Assembly: GCA_903831815.1 (NCBI GenBank)
Contig: CAIKZC010000009.1
Span: 5,576-69,575 of the forward strand
DNA length: 64,000 nt
Reading direction: 5' to 3'
Origin: an uncultured bacterium
GTDB lineage: Bacteria; Patescibacteriota; Minisyncoccia; Phycocordibacterales; UBA11359
The notes under the pieces are model-generated. The model was not told the origin of the DNA. It saw nothing but the letters and a program-made list of their open reading frames with translations, and ran no database searches. Shown piece after piece: positions 28,299 through 37,808 of the stretch. Both the position numbers and the translations under genes were made by a program. The stretch's first letter is position 1, and each line of letters starts with the position of its first letter.

Positions 28299-28871
28299 TT
28301 ACATGAAATGGTGCCAAACGAATTTGATGATATCGATAAGCACCACGTTACGGACAATCCAATACCCGTTACTAAAGACCAGGGATCCACAAAAGATCAG
28401 CCAATCTTTCTTCGTTAGACCACCGAAACGACCATGTCGCAGAAAGACTGTGGTGACAAATGGGTCCACGTACACATTAAGTACAATGAACGCCAAGACA
28501 TCATTCTTCTTGATTGCCCAGAGGACAAGCAAAAATAATCTTGCGGGTATGTACAGGACGATACGCAACGGCAACAACCAGAAGCTTTTCTTCGCCCAGT
28601 TGTCCAGTCTGCTTATCCAACCGACACTTTTTTTCTTGATGTCTTCTACAACATTAACACCAAGCCAATCTTCACCCATCCACTCGTACCACAAGATCCA
28701 CGCGAAACAGATGGTGGAAGCAGTGACTGCCATAGACCCACCACCGACTAGCGCCCCCCACTTAAAGATTGCATATGGGTACGCTATGTCATCGAACAGG
28801 AAATTGAAGATCGTCAGGAAGCCCCATGCTCCGACGATTTGCGCGAAACGAGCCGCGTAAGTTCGCCACAT
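28299..28871 (-). CDS. Orphan multi-TM membrane protein (solo cassette)
   Basis: AAAGGAGG SD; promoter TTGACA-17-TAGTAT (28941-28969); terminator at 28267-28294. Confidence 0.7.
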   Translation of the reverse strand: MWRTYAARFAQIVGAWGFLTIFNFLFDDIAYPYAIFKWGALVGGGSMAVTASTICFAWILWYEWMGEDWLGVNVVEDIKKKSVGWISRLDNWAKKSFWLLPLRIVLYIPARLFLLVLWAIKKNDVLAFIVLNVYVDPFVTTVFLRHGRFGGLTKKDWLIFCGSLVFSNGYWIVRNVVLIDIIKFVWHHFM

Positions 28872-29053
28872 AGCGACCTCCTTTTAAAAGTGACTTCTCA
28901 ATCAATCTTTGCCAACATGACAAAGAACTAGTATGTTACTATACTAGCATATTTGAGCTTATTTGTCAACTTTTTTCGCTCTAAATTCAACATTGAAATG
29001 CAACACTTCTTTAACACAAAAAATGGGAAGTTTTAGCTTCCCATCGATCTGAT

Positions 29054-29626
29054 TCATATTTTCCTTTCTCGAAAACGCCTTTCCAACGAGCGAATTCGAT
29101 CCAGCGAGTCTCGATAAGCCGCAAAGCGCACAACATCATATCTTTCTCCTCCAAAGAAACGATGCCCTTTGAAAACTCCTTCCTCCTTCAGTCCGGCCGT
29201 CCTGATCATTGAAAGCGACGGGTTGTTATACCCAAAAGCTTCAAAATAGATCTTATGCAACGGAAAGAAGTCGAAGAGATAACAAACTAAAATGATACTG
29301 GCTTCTGGTCCATATCCCCTACTCCTGAACCGTTCGTCGATAAACGTATTAACGAACACGTGCCCGTCCACCAAATTGAGTTCGAAGGAGTAAATGGTTC
29401 CCACAGCCACCGGCGGACTTGCACACGTTTCTACAACAAACTGAAGGTGTCTACCGGTTTCAAAAGCTTTCTTTTGCTCAAGAACGAACTTTTCAAAACC
29501 AACGACGGCCCGTTTTGGCGAAACCATTTTCAAATAATCAAGATCGTTGCGCCAACAATGCAACTGAGGATTATCCGCTTCGACGATAGGTCGAAGCCTC
29601 AAACGCGCAGACACAAGAGCTTCCAT
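29054..29626 (-). CDS. GNAT N-acetyltransferase (RimJ/RimL-like)
   Basis: RLRLRP, FRSRGYG, LHKI, N-x-x-SL, GLKEEG; promoter TTGACA-17-TATTCT (29670-29698) and AAGGAG SD. Confidence 0.85.
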   Translation of the reverse strand: MEALVSARLRLRPIVEADNPQLHCWRNDLDYLKMVSPKRAVVGFEKFVLEQKKAFETGRHLQFVVETCASPPVAVGTIYSFELNLVDGHVFVNTFIDERFRSRGYGPEASIILVCYLFDFFPLHKIYFEAFGYNNPSLSMIRTAGLKEEGVFKGHRFFGGERYDVVRFAAYRDSLDRIRSLERRFRERKI

Positions 29627-29701
29627 AACATCTCCTTTGCTTTATATATGAGAACATGATACTGTTTAGAGAATACTATCATTCTAACACACTGTCAACT
29701 A

Positions 29702-31015
29702 ATGAATGACAATCTCAATCAATTTGGTGTCACATTTTCTAAGTTGAAGCTGGCTAGCAACATACCAACTTACTTATTTCAACGTGCGGGCATGCCTATT
29801 TGTATGCGAGCAGTCTTTTTTGCCGGTTCTCGTTTTGATGAAATACCTGGGACAGCACATTTTCTGGAACACATATTGGTGTCGGGCAGCAAAAAATTCC
29901 CCACAAAAAACCAATTGACCGCTTTTGTTGAAGAAATGGGAGGCTTTATTGGCGCGTCAACTGATAATTACTCTCTTAGGTTGGAAGTTATTATTCCCAA
30001 AAAAGACGATTTTAAAATAGGTTTAGAAGCTTTAGAAGAAGCTCTTTTTAATTCATTATTTGATCCGGCTACAATAGAATTGGAGCGTAAAGTAATTTTA
30101 ACTGAAATAGCAAAAAGAAGAAATAATCCACAAACACGTCTTTTTGATATGTATCAACAATTATTTTTTCAAGACACAAAATTAGCTCAACCAGTTATTG
30201 GAGATGAATCGTCTATATTAAAAATAACTAGAAAAGATCTCTTAGATTTTAAAAATAAATTCGTCGTGCCGGAAAGAATGTGCCTGATTTTGAGCGGTGA
30301 TATTAATTCTAATGAAGCTGAATCTTATCTAAACGAATACTTTCTAAACAAAAATTTAAATATTGTTGAAAGTGAAATTGAAACACCTCCGTTGTTACCG
30401 TTTATACAAAATACGAAAACTCTAATAGAGAAATTAAATAACGAGAAACAAGGCCATATTACTTTAGGCTTCAGAACTTGCCCTTTTCATGATAAAGATA
30501 CGGCTATTTTAGAAGTAATAACGTCAATTCTTGGGGGTGGCAAATCTTCGAGATTAATAAATGAGTTAAGGTATAAAAACGGACTTGTTTATAATGTTTC
30601 GGCTATGAATAGCCATCTTCCAGATGTAGGAACTTTTACAGTATCAACTTCTTGCTCTGAAAGTTCTGTCGAAAAAGTTATAAAAATAATTGTTGATGAA
30701 TTTGAAAAAATAAAAACTAAATCTCTAGGTCTAGACGAACTCAAGTCGGTAAAATCCAGATTAATTAAATCTCAATTTATAAAAATGCAAACAAGCCAAT
30801 CTTGGGTGCAACTTCACGAAAAAGAATTACTTTTCAATGGAAATCATCCGAAATTAATTACTGATTATCTAAAAGAAATTGATTCCGTTAATATTACGGA
30901 TATTGAAGAGGTCGCAAAAAAATATTTTGATAGAGATAAAATTTTTACAGTATTATATGGTACCGGTTCTGTCGAACAAGTCGACAATACAAAAACCTCG
31001 CTCAACAAATTTTAA
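29702..31015 (+). CDS. M16 (pitrilysin/insulinase) family zinc peptidase
   Basis: GTAHFLEH (HxxEH); SRL-x-x-ELR-x-K-x-GLVY. Confidence 0.9.
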   Translation: MNDNLNQFGVTFSKLKLASNIPTYLFQRAGMPICMRAVFFAGSRFDEIPGTAHFLEHILVSGSKKFPTKNQLTAFVEEMGGFIGASTDNYSLRLEVIIPKKDDFKIGLEALEEALFNSLFDPATIELERKVILTEIAKRRNNPQTRLFDMYQQLFFQDTKLAQPVIGDESSILKITRKDLLDFKNKFVVPERMCLILSGDINSNEAESYLNEYFLNKNLNIVESEIETPPLLPFIQNTKTLIEKLNNEKQGHITLGFRTCPFHDKDTAILEVITSILGGGKSSRLINELRYKNGLVYNVSAMNSHLPDVGTFTVSTSCSESSVEKVIKIIVDEFEKIKTKSLGLDELKSVKSRLIKSQFIKMQTSQSWVQLHEKELLFNGNHPKLITDYLKEIDSVNITDIEEVAKKYFDRDKIFTVLYGTGSVEQVDNTKTSLNKF

Positions 31016-31068
31016 TTTCTTTGAGAGCGAGGGTTTATCCGATGATACCAACGGTTCGGATTCAGCCT

Positions 31069-31230
31069 TTACTCAGAGGCTCCACCATCACCATCGCTAT
31101 CACCACCACCATCACTGTCCGGACCAGAGCTGTCGTGACTCGAATCGCCACAGCTCCCATCGTCGCAGTCGGAGCAGTCAGAATCGCCGCCCCCACCACC
31201 GCCGTCATAGTAATATACACCATGTCGCAT
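31069..31230 (-). CDS. 53-aa Gly/Asp/Ser-rich peptide (MRHGVYYYDGGGGGGDSDCSDCDDGSCGDSSHDSSGPDSDGGGDSDGDGGASE)
   Basis: Not in the ORF track. AGAAAGGAG SD 5 nt before ATG; promoter TTGACT-17-TACATT at 31266-31294. Confidence 0.7.
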   Translation of the reverse strand: MRHGVYYYDGGGGGGDSDCSDCDDGSCGDSSHDSSGPDSDGGGDSDGDGGASE

Positions 31231-31298
31231 GGTTACTCCTTTCTAGGTAAAAACTACCTGCCAAAAATGTACTCTCCTTGAAAATAGAAGTCAATGGG

Positions 31299-31643
31299 TT
31301 ATTCTTTTTCAATCTTAATACCCAAGACACCAAATTTTATCTGCTCTTCTTTAGAATACAACTGTTCAATTTCAATCAAAAGCAATTCTTTGGATTCACC
31401 ACCAAAATATGTCGGAAGAAAATCAGAAAAAAGCTCAGGAAATGTTGCATATCTGTAAAGCGCTTTAACTTTCATGTTAACTTTTTTCGATGAGTCATCG
31501 CTTTGAGTAAATTCAATACGATCACCAACATTTATGAGTTTTCTTTTGTCATCAAAAAGTCGTGATTCAATAACTTTGCTACCATTGGCAATTTTTTCGA
31601 AAGGCACCTTTGATAATTTCATTTGATGGATTGAAGATGACAT
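31299..31643 (-). CDS. ASCH domain protein
   Basis: FEKIANGSKVIESRL-x-D-x-KR, GDRIEF, GVLGIKI. Confidence 0.85.
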   Translation of the reverse strand: MSSSIHQMKLSKVPFEKIANGSKVIESRLFDDKRKLINVGDRIEFTQSDDSSKKVNMKVKALYRYATFPELFSDFLPTYFGGESKELLLIEIEQLYSKEEQIKFGVLGIKIEKE

Positions 31644-31691
31644 AACTCTGTTTTGTTGGAGATAGTTTTATTTTATACTCTTTTTCACTTC

Positions 31692-32303
31692 TTATTTTAT
31701 CTTCAAAAACTTATTGTATTGCTTGTCGTCTTCCTTCATGTTTTTGAGGATGAGGTCGCGGATATATTCGGATTTATTGATCTTTTGAGTGAAACTGACC
31801 CAATCCAAGTACCCTTCTATTTCTTTAGTTAAAACAATATTAAATTTAATGAGCGGATTGCCGCCGTTGTAATTTAGAAAATCATTTAAAATTTCTACCA
31901 GATTTGAATCGTCATATTCAACAACTTTCAAAAAAGGCGAAATGATACCGCCGAGGAAAGCATGTTTTGCATCTTTAGCTTTTTTATTTTTGCTCTTTTT
32001 AATCAAACACAAAGTCGGCTTGTTTTTGGCGAGACCAAGCGTCATTTGGTGACCGACACTAAAACTAGCTACCGTACCTTCAACAATCAAAACATCGGCG
32101 GCAAAAATTGCTGCCACAACTTTATTGTAAACTTCCTCTCGATTAAAAGAGTTCATCTTGTTCTTTTCATCCAAATCGATAGCGGCCTCCAACCAATCAC
32201 GGGTAATAGTATGGCCCATTTCCTTGATTAAAGCGCAAATCTTGCGATAGTCGCTCTTATGTGACTTTAGCTCCATTGTTGTGCAGGCAAAGTGTACTTT
32301 CAT
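31692..32303 (-). CDS. Nucleoside 2-deoxyribosyltransferase-like domain fused to a C-terminal ribbon-helix-helix (RHH)
   Basis: ADVLIVEGTVASFSVGHQ ... NKPTLCL (NDT-like, catalytic E replaced by Q); KFNIVL ... YLDW ... NKSEYIRDLI (RHH-like). Confidence 0.7.
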   Translation of the reverse strand: MKVHFACTTMELKSHKSDYRKICALIKEMGHTITRDWLEAAIDLDEKNKMNSFNREEVYNKVVAAIFAADVLIVEGTVASFSVGHQMTLGLAKNKPTLCLIKKSKNKKAKDAKHAFLGGIISPFLKVVEYDDSNLVEILNDFLNYNGGNPLIKFNIVLTKEIEGYLDWVSFTQKINKSEYIRDLILKNMKEDDKQYNKFLKIK

Positions 32304-32359
32304 AGTCGCTAAAATATAACACATCTTTGTTTATTATGCAATGTTGCAATTTGGTGTAA

Positions 32360-32380
32360 GTGTGTATAGTCTATACACAC
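32360..32380. promoter_or_regulatory. Palindromic operator candidate in the divergent promoter region
   Basis: GTGTGTATAG-T-CTATACACAC, a perfect 10-bp inverted repeat overlapping a TATAGT -10-like box. Confidence 0.6.
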
Positions 32381-32439
32381 TAATACAAAGAGATACATAT
32401 TCCGGAGACACATCGACTGCGTAATATCAACTCCAAAAA

Positions 32440-32976
32440 ATGAAAACTGACTATCAGACGGCTCAAAAAACGGATTCATCCGCGAAAAGTTACAAAAGTA
32501 GATTTTTCATTATTTCGGGATGGTGCGATACGACAGGACGGGCGCCATATAGATATCTCGCGGAAATTGCCGGCAACAAAGGTTACAAAGTCGTTAAAGT
32601 AAATCCGGAATGGGACGAAGCACTGTCCGGTCAAGTCTTCCCTACCACTCGTCACGACATTGTTTTCGGATTTTCGATGGGCGCGATATTGGCTTGCATG
32701 GTCTGTAAAAGATTTCCTTATCGGAAGCTGATTTTGGCGTCAATGACGCCGGTTTTGGACCTCTCGAAGCGAACTTTAAAAATGCTCGGCCGTGAAATCG
32801 CCGAAGATTGCAAGAAATTTCGATACGGTGGCGTAAAAGCCACCTATTTTTATGGCGAAAAAGAGATTGATGAATCGTTGAGAAAGATTAGAAAGCTATG
32901 TCGCATAAAGATCATTCCGAATACTTGCCATCAACTAAACTTTGAATACCTGCAAAGGATTTCCGAGGAGTTGTAG
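32440..32976 (+). CDS. Small alpha/beta hydrolase
   Basis: GFSMG nucleophile elbow; FYGEKE and a C-terminal His (TCHQ). Confidence 0.75.
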   Translation: MKTDYQTAQKTDSSAKSYKSRFFIISGWCDTTGRAPYRYLAEIAGNKGYKVVKVNPEWDEALSGQVFPTTRHDIVFGFSMGAILACMVCKRFPYRKLILASMTPVLDLSKRTLKMLGREIAEDCKKFRYGGVKATYFYGEKEIDESLRKIRKLCRIKIIPNTCHQLNFEYLQRISEEL

Positions 32977-33157
32977 AGGATAGAGGTTATAAAGACAAAG
33001 AGTTGTAAGGGTTAAAAAAGCGACTGCGAAGCAACTATAAAGCAACCATAAACGGTCTAAAATTTCAATAAAATCCGCCGTAAAAGCTTTATAAATATTT
33101 TATCTTGCCCTTGTATAATTTTTTCATTATTAATATAATTAAGTGATGGTAATTGCT

Positions 33158-33370
33158 ATGAATAAAAATATGACCATAGAGGACTTGGCTATTATGCTCC
33201 AAGAGGAGTTCAAGAATATCTATAAACGATTAGATTGTATCGAGGAACGATTAGATCGTATTGAAGTGAGACTAGAGCGTATTGAGTTCAATCAAACCAC
33301 ACAAGAACGCCGAATATCGAATCTGGAAGATAAAGTTCGCATTATAAGCACCAAACTTGGACTTGCTTAG
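33158..33370 (+). CDS. Short heptad-repeat coiled-coil protein
   Basis: RLDCIEE-RLDRIEV-RLERIEF repeats. Confidence 0.7.
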   Translation: MNKNMTIEDLAIMLQEEFKNIYKRLDCIEERLDRIEVRLERIEFNQTTQERRISNLEDKVRIISTKLGLA

Positions 33371-33397
33371 TACGCGTAAAATGTAAATCTTCTATTT

Positions 33398-35182
33398 CTA
33401 CCCCACGAAACCGCCGGCTTGGAGGCGCCAGAGACGACCGTAGAGGCTGCTTTCGTTTTTGAGCAAATCCTCGTGTGTATCGTCTTCAATAATCGAGCCG
33501 GCGTCCATCACAATAATACGATCCATTTTGCGAATAGTTGAAAGGCGGTGGGCAATAACCAAAACGGTCTTACCTTTCATCAGCACATCAAGCGCGTCTT
33601 GGATCAAGGCCTCGGACTCCGAATCAAGACTCGAAGTTGCTTCATCCAAAATCAAAATCGGCGCATTTTTCAAGATAGCTCGAGCAATAGCAATACGCTG
33701 ACGCTCGCCACCAGAGAGCTTGATGCCGCGTTCACCGACATAAGTATCGTATTTGAGCGGTAAACTGGTCACAAACTCATCACAGTGCGCCAAGCGGGCC
33801 GCTTCATAGACATCGTCATCAGTCGCTTCCTTGCGACCATAACGAATATTTTCCATCAAACTGCGATGAAAGAGAACGGGATCTTGCGGTACAAGACTAA
33901 TATGCGCACGAAGACTCTCTTGGGTCACAGTATGAATATCCGTACCATCAACCAAAATCTTGCCTCCGGCCAAATCATATAATCGCAAAATTAGTCTGAT
34001 GAAAGTCGACTTACCTGCCCCGCTTGGTCCGATCAAAGCAATTTTTTGTCCGCCCGGAATCATCACGGAAATTTTTGAAAGAACTTCGCGCGTAGAATTA
34101 AAACCAAAAGTTACTTCACGAAATTCGATTTGTCCGGCCGTGACGGAAAGAGCACCGGCATTCGGAATATTTTTAACTTCATGAGGCAAGAGCATGATGT
34201 CAATCATTTCCTTGGCATCAGCAAAAGCTTCATAAAAATCACGCACGATACGACTAAAATCCCATAAACGACCGCCAAGGTTAATGAAATAAACCTGGAT
34301 TAAGACAAAAGTACCGATCGTAATCATTCCCGATCGCCAATATTTAATAGAAACATAGAAAAGTAGAAATTCGACGACAAATATCAAAGAGGCCTGCACG
34401 GCATCCACAACACTAGATAAATTCCAAGAAAGTCGCGTGATTCGAGCTTGCTCGTTCGTTTCTTTTTCATATGAATGAGATTCGTATCCAACACTGGTGA
34501 AAAGTTGGATCACATTATGATTGGTGATGTTGTCAGAAAGCAAGCCGGTCGTTTTGGAATCGGATTCGGCGACGGCAATATCGTATTTTAATTTGTAACG
34601 CGAAAAGAAAAAGTTAAACGACATGAATGAACCCATCCAAATCAGGATGGCAAAAGTAAATATCGGCTGAATAGTCCAAACAATCACGCAAGTACCAATA
34701 ATAAGAATACTGAGCGGAATGATACTAAAAACCAAACGATCCATGATCTTTTCGAAAGCACGGCTCAAACGATTGACACGTTGAACAAGTGAGCCGGTAA
34801 AATTATTACTGAAAAAAGAATACGAGTGATTGATCATGTGATCAAAAGCTTGCTGCTTGAGCCGAGCCATGATTTTGGACTCCAAATGATTGACCGAAAA
34901 CATAGCTGCTCGATAGATCAACCAAACAATCGCATTGACACCAAGAATCAAAAATATGATGTGAGTCAAAGCCCCGACGACGCTTGATTTATCAGCGAGC
35001 GCCGCGCTGTTGGTCAAAGTATCGAAAAAACTTTTATAAAGAAGCGGATTTATGAGCTGCAAAACGGCAGCTGTGGAAAAAGCGACCACCACGAAAACGA
35101 GCAACCAAAAATGAGGTTTCGACGCCTTCCAGAAAACGCGGATGACATCACCCACGCTAGATGTTGGTTTAGGTTTGGCCAT
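33398..35182 (-). CDS. ABC exporter, fused permease and ATPase (MsbA/MdlB-like)
   Basis: 6-TM N-terminal half; GPSGAGKS, LSGGERQR, ILDEATSSLD. Confidence 0.93.
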   Translation of the reverse strand: MAKPKPTSSVGDVIRVFWKASKPHFWLLVFVVVAFSTAAVLQLINPLLYKSFFDTLTNSAALADKSSVVGALTHIIFLILGVNAIVWLIYRAAMFSVNHLESKIMARLKQQAFDHMINHSYSFFSNNFTGSLVQRVNRLSRAFEKIMDRLVFSIIPLSILIIGTCVIVWTIQPIFTFAILIWMGSFMSFNFFFSRYKLKYDIAVAESDSKTTGLLSDNITNHNVIQLFTSVGYESHSYEKETNEQARITRLSWNLSSVVDAVQASLIFVVEFLLFYVSIKYWRSGMITIGTFVLIQVYFINLGGRLWDFSRIVRDFYEAFADAKEMIDIMLLPHEVKNIPNAGALSVTAGQIEFREVTFGFNSTREVLSKISVMIPGGQKIALIGPSGAGKSTFIRLILRLYDLAGGKILVDGTDIHTVTQESLRAHISLVPQDPVLFHRSLMENIRYGRKEATDDDVYEAARLAHCDEFVTSLPLKYDTYVGERGIKLSGGERQRIAIARAILKNAPILILDEATSSLDSESEALIQDALDVLMKGKTVLVIAHRLSTIRKMDRIIVMDAGSIIEDDTHEDLLKNESSLYGRLWRLQAGGFVG

Positions 35183-35311
35183 ATTATTATCGCAGACGGT
35201 TAAATTATCAATTTATTACAGAACCAATCATAGCATATAAAAACAGCGTCGCGCGGATACACGATGCTGTTTATTGCTTGCCTTTCTTCAAGCGTTTATG
35301 CGACATGAGAC

Positions 35312-35998
35312 TCAGACGACCAATTTCCGTTCACGTTTGGTCAAAAACAATGTGCCGGCCGGAAATCCAATCGATGGATCCGTAAAATGCACCATAGGTT
35401 TGTCCTGACCCTTGATGCGCCCGAGCGAAAATATCCCAGGACTCACATTTGGTGACTGCACTCGGCACTGAACACCAGGCGCGTGGATCTGGCGATTGTT
35501 TAGCGGTACACTTCCGTCCAACGCATATAGCAGGGATTCTTCAGCACAGACCGAGCTGACATCCCGACTTTCCATTTCGTCCCAAACTTGCCAGGCTTTC
35601 ATCTGGCAATAAATTTGAATCAAAATGTACTCGACAATGTTACCTTCCCTGGCATCCAAACATTGGGTCTGCAAAACCTCGTTGGTCCTGGATACATTAC
35701 AAAGATTCATGATCAGTTGTGTCCAGCTTGCATCCAGATCGCCGGCGAGATGTTTTTTTCTCCGAATCCGTTCTATCAAAACCCCACGATCGTCGTCTTT
35801 CTGAAATTGCAAGGTCACCGGTTCGCCGGCCAAGTTCCGGTTTTGTACCTTCATCGCGTCGGCCACAGCCTTAGCATAAACAGGATCTTTGGCCAGACGT
35901 TCCCACTGAAGATCAGTGACACCAAAATGCTGCAACCTCTGAAGAGGTTCTACAATCGGAGTCAGATAACGCGAAACGAGGTTTCCTTTATCTTTCAT
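35312..35998 (-). CDS. Orphan hypothetical protein (solo cassette)
   Basis: Higher GC than neighbours; promoter TTGACA-17-TAGTTT ending at 36125; hairpin near 35240-35272. Confidence 0.6.
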   Translation of the reverse strand: MKDKGNLVSRYLTPIVEPLQRLQHFGVTDLQWERLAKDPVYAKAVADAMKVQNRNLAGEPVTLQFQKDDDRGVLIERIRRKKHLAGDLDASWTQLIMNLCNVSRTNEVLQTQCLDAREGNIVEYILIQIYCQMKAWQVWDEMESRDVSSVCAEESLLYALDGSVPLNNRQIHAPGVQCRVQSPNVSPGIFSLGRIKGQDKPMVHFTDPSIGFPAGTLFLTKRERKLVV

Positions 35999-36148
35999 CA
36001 GGGGCCACCCGTCCTTTCTATTTTTTGGCTTGCCCTAAGGCCCGCCGGTCCGAAAATGTCGGACAACAGTGCTCATTACAAGGAGCATCTAGCAGGAAAC
36101 TAACATTAATATCTTTCTTTGTCAACAAAATGAAACTGAATTAAATTA

Positions 36149-37228
36149 TTACAACCCTTCGTTTTTGAGGTCTTCGATGAGATTGCGAGCGGTTTTGGAA
36201 AGTTTATTTGGAAGTTTGATCGAGATATGAATCAAAATATCGCCACGACGACCACCCCTATCGCTTGGTACACCTTTGCCTTTAACTCGGAGAATTTCGC
36301 CATGAGCAATTTCGGCCGGAATTACAACCGTTATCTTGCCATCAAGAGTTTCCAAAACATGTTCTCCACCAAGAAGTGCTGTTGAAAGTTTGATCGATAA
36401 ATCAGTGACCAAATTGTGACCCTCTTTGCGGAAAACTGGATCCGGTTTGACGTGCACCTTTATGTAGAGGTCGCCGGAAGTGCCACCGCGCACAGCTTCA
36501 CCGCTCCCCGTCATACGCACCATCTCTCCATCCTCAATACCGGACGGAATTTGTAAATTAATTTCCTCTTGTTTGTTGGTCGTGCCAGATCCTCGACAAG
36601 TCTCGCATTTTTCTTTTGGAATTTTGCCCGCGCCAAAACAAGTCGGGCAATTAGACGTGACCGAGACAGAACCAAACATAGAACGTTTAGTTTCGTGAAT
36701 TTTACCCTTACCGTTACATGTCGAGCATGTTGTGTAATCCGTACCGGGTTTCGCGCCGTTACCTCCGCAAGTAGCACAAACGGAAGTTTTAGTAAGTAAA
36801 ACTTTACGATTGGCACCAAATATCGATTCGGCAAAAGTTAATTCAATATCAATGGAAATATCGCGACCGCGTTGCGTTCGTGTTCGCCCACCTTCTCTGC
36901 CATTGAAAAATTGACTAAAGATATCACCTAGATCAAAATCCTGACCATTGAAATCAAAACCGCCAAAATCATCAGAATTAAATCCACCATAACTTCCACC
37001 GGCACCGGCCGTTTGTTGACTGGCCGTGCGTCCGTAACGATCATAGTCGGCTCGCTTTTTGTCGTCACCCAAGACCGAATACGCCTCACTCGCCTCCTTA
37101 AACTTGGCCGCATCACCACCCTGTTTATCCGGATGATACTTGTGCGCCAATTTACGAAAGGCCTTTTTTACCTCGTCCTGTGAAGCTTTTTTGTCGACTC
37201 CTAAAATTTCATAATAATCTTTGGCCAT
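36149..37228 (-). CDS. dnaJ: Chaperone DnaJ
   Basis: HPD J-domain, G/F-rich region, four CxxCxGxG repeats. Confidence 0.97.
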   Translation of the reverse strand: MAKDYYEILGVDKKASQDEVKKAFRKLAHKYHPDKQGGDAAKFKEASEAYSVLGDDKKRADYDRYGRTASQQTAGAGGSYGGFNSDDFGGFDFNGQDFDLGDIFSQFFNGREGGRTRTQRGRDISIDIELTFAESIFGANRKVLLTKTSVCATCGGNGAKPGTDYTTCSTCNGKGKIHETKRSMFGSVSVTSNCPTCFGAGKIPKEKCETCRGSGTTNKQEEINLQIPSGIEDGEMVRMTGSGEAVRGGTSGDLYIKVHVKPDPVFRKEGHNLVTDLSIKLSTALLGGEHVLETLDGKITVVIPAEIAHGEILRVKGKGVPSDRGGRRGDILIHISIKLPNKLSKTARNLIEDLKNEGL

Positions 37229-37354
37229 ATTTTTATGTTGTAGTGTTTTACATTTTACCCTACTTTTTGCGAATTGACAAGTCGTGTATATATGCTACAA
37301 TCTGCCTCGGAAAGTTGAACATTTTATTGGTCGTAAGACCTGCAAGGAGGATGA

Positions 37355-37669
37355 ATGAGTCTGACTGCTCAAGTTTTGGTTGTTGTTGCGGTCTGCTTCA
37401 TGTTTGCCGCGGGTATAGTCTGGACTGTTAGTTATTGCTTTGCGCATGCCAGCATCAAGTACCTGTTCGAGCAATATTCCAAATGGAGAAAAGACAGGGA
37501 CAAGATGGAGCTCGAACGTGATTCGCAAGGCCAGTCTGGAGACTACGTTTGGTGCACCCTAACATTACTGTCCGTGGGTCTCGTAGCAATCATGGCCTCT
37601 CTAGTAGTTGGAGGTCTGTACGCATTGCACTGGTGGAGATATGGAAATCCCCGTCGGGAGAATTTGTAA
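37355..37669 (+). CDS. Orphan 2-TM protein inserted antisense between dnaK and dnaJ
   Basis: Promoter TTGACA-16-TACAAT with extended -10 TG (37274-37301); GGGAGG SD; two hydrophobic helices. Confidence 0.6.
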   Translation: MSLTAQVLVVVAVCFMFAAGIVWTVSYCFAHASIKYLFEQYSKWRKDRDKMELERDSQGQSGDYVWCTLTLLSVGLVAIMASLVVGGLYALHWWRYGNPRRENL

Positions 37670-37808
37670 ACCTTTGTGAGCCTAACGGCTAAAAGGGTTT
37701 AGTCTTTACCAGCGTCTAGCTCAGTATTACAAATGAAAAGAGAGACGTGGTCACTAACCACGGGGCCGGGGCTTGTTGCACCGGCCTTTTCCTTTGCAAA
37801 TTTTTCGT

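Noticed and set aside
30879-31281. His-rich (HHHHRYHHHHH) and Thr/Ile-rich plus-strand ORFs in the track
   Set aside because: They are shadows of the GGT/GAT-rich minus-strand peptide at 31069-31230, which has the promoter and SD.
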